A stretch of DNA of 64,000 nucleotides from Patescibacteria group bacterium. GTDB taxonomy: Bacteria > Patescibacteriota > JABMPQ01 > JAQVVF01. This document shows positions 47,099 through 53,773 of the stretch, one piece after another (within the stretch, counting starts at the first letter, position 1; each line of letters begins with the position of its first letter). The notes beneath the pieces are model-generated. The model was not told where the DNA came from, ran no database searches, and worked only from the letters and a program-made list of their open reading frames with translations. The stretch is taken from the NCBI GenBank assembly GCA_041662665.1, contig JBAZSC010000001.1:321511-385510 (forward strand). The letters run 5' to 3'. Position numbers and translations under genes: made by a program.

Positions 47099-47963
47099 AG
47101 AAACTCGGTTTTCTATTAATCAAAAAAATAAACTTATTGTAAGTAAAAACAAGGTATAAAAAATAATCATTTAATTAAGATAAAACCGAGTTTCGCGTGA
47201 ATTCAAAAATAGAAATGCGCAAAACAAATTTTACAAATGAATCATTTTATCATATCTACAATCGCGGTACTGAAAAACGCGATATTTTTTTGCAAAATTA
47301 TGATTATTTTCAATTTATTAAATTATTAAGAAAATATAAAAATAATTTAGTTGAAATAATCTGCTATTGCTTAATGCCGAATCATTTTCATTTATTGCTA
47401 AAACAATTAAATAATAATGGAATCAGCAAGTTCATGCATTTATTAACAATAAGTTATGCAAAATATTTTAACAAAAAATATGATCATAGCGGAGTTTTAT
47501 TTCAGGGAAAATTTAAAGATGTCCAGATTTTGAGCTATATTCAATTGCTAAATATTTCAAAATACATCCATATAAATCCAGCTAAAGATCAGAATATTTT
47601 ATTAAAACAAAAAATAATTACATTAGAAAATTATCCTTGGTCTTCTTATAAAGATTATATAAATATCAGAAACGGAACATTATGTAATAAAACCGAAATA
47701 ATAAATTGTGTAGAAGGTAATTTTGTAAAAGAGTATAAAGAATTAATAAAGGCACATTTGATGAATTATAATGAGAGAAATTTGGATAAATTAATACTTG
47801 AATGAGTGAAATAGAAACTCGGTTTTCTATTAATCAAAAAAATAAACTTAATGTAAGTAAGAACAAGGTATGAAAAATAATCATTTAATTAAGATAAAAC
47901 CGAGTTTCATCATGTTGTAAATAATTGACACACGAAACTCGGTTTCTTCGGAAACCGAGTTTC
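47099..47963 (+). mobile_element. IS200/IS605-like (RAYT-type) Y1 transposase element with hairpin-forming flanks
   Basis: The transposase ORF is flanked by two 96-bp direct repeats (47099-47194 and 47813-47908). Each repeat is bounded by gaaactcggtttt ... aaaaccgagtttc. A third minimal hairpin gaaactcggtttcttcggaaaccgagtttc lies at 47934-47963. Confidence 0.75.
47197..47805 (+). CDS. IS200-like / REP-associated tyrosine transposase (HUH Y1 family)
   Basis: FYHIYNRGTEKRDIF, the HUH motif in CYCLMPNHFHLLLKQ, and YIHINPAK. The track start is GTG. An ATG 18 nt downstream is an alternative start. Confidence 0.8.
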   Translation: MNSKIEMRKTNFTNESFYHIYNRGTEKRDIFLQNYDYFQFIKLLRKYKNNLVEIICYCLMPNHFHLLLKQLNNNGISKFMHLLTISYAKYFNKKYDHSGVLFQGKFKDVQILSYIQLLNISKYIHINPAKDQNILLKQKIITLENYPWSSYKDYINIRNGTLCNKTEIINCVEGNFVKEYKELIKAHLMNYNERNLDKLILE

Positions 47964-47984
47964 AAAGAATGTGTTAATTTTCGC

Positions 47985-48245
47985 GCAAAATAAAACCGGG
48001 CAAAAGCTCGGTTAAGGGAACAAAGGGCAAAAAATCGATTCATCCAATTGGCGTTCATTTTATTGTCTTCTCCGTCAGGAGTTGGGGGAGTCGCTTGGCA
48101 CTTATAACTGTTAACTTTCAACTGTTAACTAGTTTTCAGTCGCCCATGACGTCCTCCTCTACCAATGGGGTAGAGGTTAGCATCGCCATAGTTTCAGGCG
48201 CGCCTTCCTCGACCCAGGGAACCAAAGATCAAGATGATTTATAAC
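47985..48245 (-). ncRNA. Candidate noncoding transcript with a GC-rich 5' domain
   Basis: It is bounded by a consensus promoter (48251-48278, minus strand) and a hairpin plus T-run (minus strand aaccgagcttttgcccggttttatttt, near 47990-48015). The GC-rich segment at 48135-48225 contains the hairpin cctctacc/ggtagagg and the palindrome aggcgcgcct. Confidence 0.3.
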
Positions 48246-48250
48246 AATGT

Positions 48251-48278
48251 ATTATAGCAAGCCTGTAGTATTTGTCAA
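48251..48278 (-). promoter_or_regulatory. Consensus sigma70-type promoter (minus strand)
   Basis: On the minus strand, TTGACA (48278-48273), a 16-nt spacer, then TATAAT (48256-48251). Confidence 0.6.
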
Positions 48279-48481
48279 TAGATTTGGACAATTTAGTGTA
48301 ATTAGTAATGAGTAACTAGTAATTAGGCGAAAAAACTTGCAAAATTATTAATACCTGATATTATCAAAATTGTCAGTAATAATAGACAAAATAAGCTAAA
48401 ATAGCTTGTTTTTATTTTGCCTTGTTTAAAGCAAAATATGTCAAAATATCGAAAAAGATAATAAATATTTGTAAAAACCTC

Positions 48482-48510
48482 TTGACATGATAAAAATAGA
48501 GTAATATAAT
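48482..48510 (+). promoter_or_regulatory. Perfect consensus sigma70 promoter (plus strand)
   Basis: TTGACA (48482-48487), a 17-nt spacer, then TATAAT (48505-48510). Confidence 0.65.
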
Positions 48511-48574
48511 GCAGAGTTCTAAGCTCAAACCAAGCTCATTCCAAAATGTCAATCAGAGCAAACTAGTTTAACAG

Positions 48575-48654
48575 TCTAACCAGTTTAGGTTAACCAGTCT
48601 AACTAGTCTAACCAGTTTAGGTTAACCAGTCTAACTAGTCTAACCAGTTTAACC
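48575..48654. repeat. 32-bp tandem repeat, about 2.5 copies
   Basis: The unit tctaaccagtttaggttaaccagtctaactag starts at 48575 and 48607, with a partial copy at 48639. There are no unique spacers. Confidence 0.85.
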
Positions 48655-48663
48655 GCATTTCCG

Positions 48664-48751
48664 TCTATTTATTAGAGGAGGTGAAATGGTCTCCAGGGAA
48701 TAAATCTTTTCTTTAGTCCTTGCTGAGCCACTTCGGCCTCTAATAAATGGG
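48664..48751 (+). ncRNA. Hairpin-closed structured element containing an SD-led 5-codon mini-ORF
   Basis: A 15-bp closing stem: tctatttattagagg (48664-48678) pairs with cctctaataaatggg (48737-48751). Inside is aGGAGGtgaaATGgtctccagggaaTAA (MVSRE), with an inner stem caggga/tccttg and a cttcgg loop. Confidence 0.35.
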
Positions 48752-48974
48752 CAGAATGAAATTTCCAATTACCAATTTCCAATTCACAATAAATTTTCAA
48801 TAAGCAATTTTCAATGACGACAGTGACGATTTGAAAATTAGTAATTGGTCATTTATTGTAAATTGATAATTGGAAATTAGAGATATGTAATCAGTAACTA
48901 GTAATCAAAAAATTGATTCCTAAATACTGATTGCGTGCGAGAGGGGACCAAGAGTCCTCGAGGAGGAAAGGACA

Positions 48975-49196
48975 ATGGCGAATTGCATCATCTGCCACCA
49001 GCGCGTTGCGAGCGGCGGTGACCGGCATGCCAAGGGGCAGTGTCCGGCGAAGAAGAAGGAGCGCGAGCAGAAGGAGAACGAGGTGCAGGCCGGCGATCTC
49101 GCGACCCCGGGTCGCGGAGACGTCGTGCCGCTGGCCGGCAAGACCAGCACCCAGCTCTCCAACAAGGGCAAGTCCCGGGGGTCCAAGTCGGGCTGA
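48975..49196 (+). CDS. High-GC SD-led small basic protein, 73 aa (module A)
   Basis: The SD cGAGGAGGaaaggaca precedes the ATG. Of the overlapping ORFs here, this is the frame I picked because its codons mostly end in G or C. The protein is MANCIICHQRV...GQCPAKKKEREQKE... I recognise no family. Confidence 0.55.
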   Translation: MANCIICHQRVASGGDRHAKGQCPAKKKEREQKENEVQAGDLATPGRGDVVPLAGKTSTQLSNKGKSRGSKSG

Positions 49197-49392
49197 GCCT
49201 GACACGACCCACAAGACGAGCCCAAGTACTAGGTTCTAGTGTCGTTCCGTTTCATCCCCAAGTTCCCCAGATTTTTCTTCAGTTTTCCGCCAGTACCTTC
49301 CATGCCAGACTCTTGTCTGGCCCCACCTGAAATAATAATGATTACATTGTTATTTGAGGCGGTACATTAAAAAATGATCAATTTACAATTTT

Positions 49393-49547
49393 TCACCCTT
49401 CGGGTGACCACCCGCAGGGTGGCAATAAATTACCAATTACCAATTTTCAAAGCGACGATGGTCGTAATTGGAAATTGTTCATTGAAAATTTATTGGAAAT
49501 TGCAAAATTGGTAATTGCCACCCTACGGGTGGTCACCCGAAGGGTGA
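49393..49547. repeat. About 155-nt composite inverted repeat with GC-rich self-complementary ends
   Basis: tcacccttcgggtgaccacccgcagggtggcaa ... ttgccaccctacgggtggtcacccgaagggtga. The AT-rich ccaatt/aattgg words sit in the middle. Confidence 0.8.
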
Positions 49548-49639
49548 GAAATTAGGGTTTGCGGTAAAGCAAAGATCTTAAAAAAGATTTTCGCCTTGCT
49601 GCAAAGTGCAGCCTATAGCAGAGAAGGAAAAGTAAACGA

Positions 49640-49816
49640 TGAACGATCAGATGGACGCGGCGGACCGGCGGATCATGGACGAAACGACTGTTCGGCTCGA
49701 AGGCCGGCAGGTCAAGTCCAGCCAGGGAGCTGGTTCCAGGTCGGCAGAAGTGCCAATCTGGAAGATCCGCGCGAGCCGTCGTGCTCTCCCCGCCATGGCA
49801 GTCTACGGCGACTAGA
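49640..49816 (+). CDS. Possible high-GC small ORF, 58 aa (module B)
   Basis: Below the ORF-track length cut-off. ATG at 49640 with only a weak SD (agaaGGAaaagtaaacg). The protein is MNDQMDAADRRIMDETTVRLEGRQVKSS..., and the frame has mostly G/C-ending codons. Confidence 0.35.
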
Positions 49817-50061
49817 CCTACCCCCAACTCTTCAGTTTTCCGCTCGTACCCTCCTGTGGTCACTTTTCGTGGCCACCTCAGCTTAAGCAACGATGTGATC
49901 GTTGAGTAAGTAGAGAACGTTACAAAATTATCAATTTCCAATTTACAATTCTCAATAAATTTTCAATGAACGATTTCCAATGGCGATACTCGGTCTGAAA
50001 ATTGAAAATTGGTAATTTATTGGAAATTGTAAAATTGATAATTGGAAATTAAATCTAGCTT

Positions 50062-50106
50062 TCAGCAGTTTGCCTCAAATTATTTTGAGACACACTATTG
50101 ATAGCT
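50062..50106 (+). promoter_or_regulatory. Conserved ~45-nt leader element, copy 1
   Basis: tcagcagtttgcctcaaattattttgagacacactattgatagc. It is about 80% identical to copy 2 and contains the hairpin ctcaaa/tttgag. Confidence 0.45.
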
Positions 50107-50148
50107 ACATCTCGTCCTTTCACCAACTGAAGCACACAAGGAGGAAAA

Positions 50149-50814
50149 ATGCCAAGTAAAGACAAGCCAAGACATGTTTTTGTTAATTGCTTGTTTCATG
50201 AAAACGAAAGGCTTACAGTCACCAACAAGGATGGTGAATTAAAAGCCTGGGGATTTGATGGCGATGTAATAAGTATCATCTCGGAATCCATGTTGCTTAG
50301 CATATCGGGTTCCAATCTGCAACTTGATAAAAGAAAAAAAGCATTGTGTAGATATTTAAAGCTTTTCTTCAACGAAGGAAAACAACCTCCAGCAATTTGT
50401 TTTGAGCATGCAAGGAAGTTGGAATCTGTGTTGTTGCAAATGCGACGATTTCTTCCTAAGGAAAAAGCTAATGTCCAGATTTCTATGATTCCATATCAAG
50501 AAAGTCTGGATAAATGGGCAATCTGGGTAGCCGAAGTAAAAAGAAATAGAGATATTGAAGCTACGAGATTGTGGCGTGAGATTATTTCTAAGCATTTTCC
50601 AGATGATGAAAGTATTGCAGACGAGCAAGACGCAAAAGTGCTTGCTGATCGTCTGTCTTCTGAATGTGTTAGAGAATTATTTGATAAGATACGCAATACT
50701 GCACTTTACCGCAAATCAGAAAAATCTGAATTGCTGAAACAGATCGGATTGTACTTAGCAGAAAAAGCGTATGAAGAAGCAAAAATAAAACATGAAATAG
50801 ATTCTTGGAAGTAG
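50149..50814 (+). CDS. Hypothetical protein, 221 aa; SD-led cassette gene
   Basis: The SD cAAGGAGGaaaa precedes the ATG. GC content is intermediate. I recognise no family. Confidence 0.6.
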   Translation: MPSKDKPRHVFVNCLFHENERLTVTNKDGELKAWGFDGDVISIISESMLLSISGSNLQLDKRKKALCRYLKLFFNEGKQPPAICFEHARKLESVLLQMRRFLPKEKANVQISMIPYQESLDKWAIWVAEVKRNRDIEATRLWREIISKHFPDDESIADEQDAKVLADRLSSECVRELFDKIRNTALYRKSEKSELLKQIGLYLAEKAYEEAKIKHEIDSWK

Positions 50815-50943
50815 ATGACTGCATTTTAACCTCTGTATGTTTCCAGTTTTTATCAAGTTTTTAATGAATAATTTGCAATAGTTTGAAAATTAATTCATTG
50901 AAAATTTAATAAAAATTAATAATTAGAAATTAAAAATTCGCTG

Positions 50944-50987
50944 TCAGCCTTTTGCCTCAAATCATTTGGAGACAAAAGATTGATAGC
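50944..50987 (+). promoter_or_regulatory. Conserved ~45-nt leader element, copy 2
   Basis: tcagccttttgcctcaaatcatttggagacaaaagattgatagc. It lies upstream of high-GC module D. Confidence 0.45.
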
Positions 50988-51247
50988 CTGTCCCGTACTA
51001 TGTTTCTGGTGAATATAAAAAAACATTGATTACTTTAGGAATTTAATCAATGCAACAAACAATATTTATTAGATACTTAGTATGGGATTAATGCTAGAAC
51101 ACTGACAACTTGGAAGGTAAAAATAATAGTCAAAAGTGTTAACTGTTAAGTGTTAATGGTTAACTGTTTGAAGTTGGCACATCGCGGCCAGGCAAGGCCG
51201 CGTTCGCGCGCGAGTAGATTCCGCTTGTGTCAGAGGAGGAGAGCGAC

Positions 51248-53515
51248 ATGTCGACCAACTGCGAGCCGAAGAGCGTCAGCACCGTCAACACCGTCACCGA
51301 GGAGAAGGAGGTGAAGCCCGCCCGGGTGCGCAAGCCCCGGGTGAAGGTCGAGAAGGAAGAGCAGGAGCAGTTCAACGAGGATGGCACGAAGAAGGATGTG
51401 AAGGACGAGGCCCCGCCCAAGAAGCGGAGCCACCACAAGAAGGTCGAGAAGTCCGTCGCCGTCGAGACCGAGACCGCCGAGCCCGCCCCGCCCGCCGAGT
51501 CCACCCCCAAGGTGGCGTCGGTGGCGGTGGTCGAGCAGCCGGTCCAGGTCGCCCCGCCCGCCGCGCCCCAGCCCGAGCCCCCCAAGAAGGGCGAGGTCGA
51601 GGACGTCAACGAGGACGAGGACAAGGACGGCGAGAGCGAGGGTGAGGACGAGGAGCAGGAGACCAGCGAGGAGGCGCTGGAGGACGCCCAGATCAACGAC
51701 CTGGAGTTCCAGAAGAAGATGAGCGAGCTCCCCCGGCACGAGCAGATCCGGCGGCAGAAGGCCCGCAACCGGGTCATCACGAGCAACCGGCGCAGCCGCA
51801 AGACGGCGGCGCAGGACAAGAACCGCGCGGAGCACAACGAGATGCGCGAGGCCGGGCGGCCGGAGGTGAAGATCACCATCCCGGACCCCCTGATCTGCAG
51901 CGCCCACGCCGGTGAAGTCCTGAAGCTCGAGGACGCCTACTCGCTGAACAGCAGCGTGGTCTACGAGCTGACCCAGGTGAGCCAGGAAGGCAAGACCGAG
52001 GCGCAGACCAAGATCCTGAAGTTCGTGGTGAGCAAGCTCGCTCCGCTGTTCCGGTTCAACTGCGAGACCATCCCGGCCTACTGCAAGACGGTGGTGGACG
52101 TGCTGGCGAAGAACATCGCGGCCGTCCAGCCCCTCATCGCGCACGAGAAGAAGGCGCGGTGGGAGAGCCGGATCGTCATGCCCTACGCGGCCGCGCTCCG
52201 GCACTTCGCCGAGAGCAAGGCCGCGGTCGAGGGCAAGCAGCAGAACGTCAAGGACCGGCAGAACAAGGAGGCGTGGGCCTGGTTCGACGAGAACATCGGC
52301 AAGTTTCACGCCGAGCTGGTCGGGCTGCGCAGCGTCGAGGAGATCGTCGGCAAGATCGACATCCTGAACGGCCTGAACGACAAGTGTCTCGACACCTTGC
52401 GCCACCACTTCCTCGAGACCCTGCCCGTGATGCGCTACAGCGAGCCCGGCAAGATGCTGGGTCAGCTGCTGCGCGAGCGGGGCAAGAAGTACGAGCAGGT
52501 GCAGATCGAGGAGCAGCGGGCCCGCAAGGCCGAGGCCGACGAGAAGCGCAGGAAGGAGGAAGAGAAGGCTCTGGCCGGGCTGGGCGAGCTCGAAGGGCTG
52601 TTCGGTGGCGAGGAGAAGCAGGGCGAGGAGCAGGACGAGGAGCCCAGCGAGCGTGACGAGAACGAGAAGCGGATCGGCAAGTGGCTGGAGAAGCTTGTCG
52701 GCGGGAAGATGCACAGCGCGGCCGGGCTGATGACGCCCAGCGCCCTGCGCGAGATCTTCGCCGCGGATCCGGGCGCCGAGGTCTACTCGGCCTGCCCGTT
52801 CAGCCAGCAGGCGCCGGGGACCCAGTACTCCACCTACGTGAACCGGAAGGGCGACAACGAGCCCCTCTTCGCGACGGTGACGGTCCCGACCCTCGTGGTC
52901 GAGACCGACGACGAGGGTCAACCGATCTGCGACGGCAAGGGGCGGCCCAAGCCGTGGATCAACCCCCGTACGAGCAAGACGCAGTACGAGGGGCAGATCG
53001 CGGTGCTGACGAAGCACGAGGCCCGCTGGGCCGCGTCGATCCGCATCCGCCAGATGGCCGAGGAGCAGGTGAACAACGGCCGGTACGACTCGCTGGAGGA
53101 GGCCATCAACGGCATCCATCAGGAAGTCAACCAGGCCAAGACCAACCTCTGGGCGGCCAAGAAGGAGTTCAACGAGGCCAAGGTCTCCGGCGACCAGAGC
53201 CGCATCGACGCGGCCGAGGAGCGCCTGAACCAGGCCAAGGAGGTCATGAACCATCTGAGCGACGACCGTCGTCCGTGGTACCAGGGGATGCTCGAGGGAA
53301 GCCTCGGTGTCCTCAAGTACTACGATCTCAAGAACACGGTCGAGATGCTCAACAAGCCCCGTGAAGAGCGGCCCGCCAAGCGCAACACGCGCGGCGGCGG
53401 GACCCACGGCAACTACGAGCAGGAGCAGTCCCAGGGCGCGAGCGCGGAAGAGCAGGAGGCCTTCTTCCGCAGCCAGAACAACCAGAGCTTCGCCAACAAG
53501 GCCCGCCAGGTCTGA
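51248..53515 (+). CDS. High-GC, GC3-saturated SD-led ORF of unknown function, 755 aa (module D)
   Basis: ATG at 51248 preceded by caGAGGAGGAGagcgac (the track start at 51227 is GTG). By my manual read, about 30-odd of ~755 codons end in A or T. The protein is K/E/Q/N-rich with an acidic/basic low-complexity N-terminal ~200 aa. I recognise no domain. Confidence 0.75.
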   Translation: MSTNCEPKSVSTVNTVTEEKEVKPARVRKPRVKVEKEEQEQFNEDGTKKDVKDEAPPKKRSHHKKVEKSVAVETETAEPAPPAESTPKVASVAVVEQPVQVAPPAAPQPEPPKKGEVEDVNEDEDKDGESEGEDEEQETSEEALEDAQINDLEFQKKMSELPRHEQIRRQKARNRVITSNRRSRKTAAQDKNRAEHNEMREAGRPEVKITIPDPLICSAHAGEVLKLEDAYSLNSSVVYELTQVSQEGKTEAQTKILKFVVSKLAPLFRFNCETIPAYCKTVVDVLAKNIAAVQPLIAHEKKARWESRIVMPYAAALRHFAESKAAVEGKQQNVKDRQNKEAWAWFDENIGKFHAELVGLRSVEEIVGKIDILNGLNDKCLDTLRHHFLETLPVMRYSEPGKMLGQLLRERGKKYEQVQIEEQRARKAEADEKRRKEEEKALAGLGELEGLFGGEEKQGEEQDEEPSERDENEKRIGKWLEKLVGGKMHSAAGLMTPSALREIFAADPGAEVYSACPFSQQAPGTQYSTYVNRKGDNEPLFATVTVPTLVVETDDEGQPICDGKGRPKPWINPRTSKTQYEGQIAVLTKHEARWAASIRIRQMAEEQVNNGRYDSLEEAINGIHQEVNQAKTNLWAAKKEFNEAKVSGDQSRIDAAEERLNQAKEVMNHLSDDRRPWYQGMLEGSLGVLKYYDLKNTVEMLNKPREERPAKRNTRGGGTHGNYEQEQSQGASAEEQEAFFRSQNNQSFANKARQV

Positions 53516-53621
53516 ACCTTCCAACAACCCGCCCCCGGGACAAGTCCAAGCTTTAAGCTTGTAACCTTGCTCCCTGGCGCGCGGCACACTACCATTCCAG
53601 TTCTTTCATTCCCGTTCCTTC

Positions 53622-53650
53622 AGAAGACCCTTACCGGTCTTCTTTTTTTT
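53622..53650 (+). terminator. Intrinsic terminator of module D
   Basis: agaagaccc tta ccggtcttct followed by T8. Confidence 0.7.
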
Positions 53651-53701
53651 CACTAAGTTATCAGTTAACAGTTGAAAGTTATAAGTTACGTCAATTTACT
53701 C

Positions 53702-53730
53702 TTGCCATTTTTCAAGATTCCTGCTATCAT
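53702..53730 (+). promoter_or_regulatory. Sigma70-type promoter of rpmG
   Basis: TTGCCA (53702-53707), a 17-nt spacer, then TATCAT (53725-53730). Confidence 0.5.
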
Positions 53731-53773
53731 TGCAGTATAGCTTATAACTTACAACTTTTAACTTATAACTTCG

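Noticed and set aside
47885-48121. A 78-aa minus-strand ORF between the RAYT element and the GC-rich segment.
   Set aside because: It reads through a hairpin plus T-run terminator and into the REP-type hairpins. It is basic, low-complexity and Phe/Arg-rich in composition and has no convincing start context. It is probably not coding.
48135-48225. The GC-rich noncoding segment as SRP (4.5S) RNA, RNase P RNA or tmRNA. The same idea was considered for 36336-36456.
   Set aside because: GAGGAAGGC superficially resembles SRP and RNase P motifs. However, I could not find the conserved SRP domain IV context (GNRA tetraloop with the flanking AGCA/GGAA loops), the RNase P core (GAGGAAAGUCC, ACAGAA), or a tmRNA tRNA-like end. 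I could not draw the overall pairing of a long closing helix for 48135-48225.
48575-48654. Possible CRISPR array (32-bp repeats here, and 27-bp repeats at 34857-34943).
   Set aside because: The units are directly abutting tandem copies with no unique spacers. There are only 2.5-3.2 copies, and no cas genes are in the window.
51230-53587. A 785-aa ORF on the minus strand, plus several 60-230-aa ORFs in other frames, overlapping module D. The same occurs in modules A, B and C (e.g. 38888-39583 plus strand, 48891-49330 in multiple frames, 49552-49941 minus strand).
   Set aside because: When nearly every sense codon ends in G or C, the codon-aligned antisense frame cannot contain TAA/TAG/TGA, so a full-length shadow ORF is expected. 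The antisense translations are Leu/Arg/Gly/Ala/Pro low-complexity, lack an SD, and run across terminators and hairpins. I kept only the SD-linked, GC3-rich frames.
38821-53650. High-GC islands as an assembly chimera or contamination from a high-GC genome.
   Set aside because: This cannot be excluded without reads, but it is unlikely. Each island is short and is flanked on both sides by host-type word hairpins and host genes. At least module C has an AT-rich host-like promoter fused to its GC-rich UTR. All islands use the same SD style as the mid-GC cassettes. I kept them as real features, with read mapping as the stated check.
47099-53650. The accessory region as a prophage or integrative element inserted at a tRNA.
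   Set aside because: There is no integrase, and no capsid, terminase or portal-like ORFs. No att-type duplication of a tRNA 3' end flanks the region. The only mobility gene is the small Y1 transposase.
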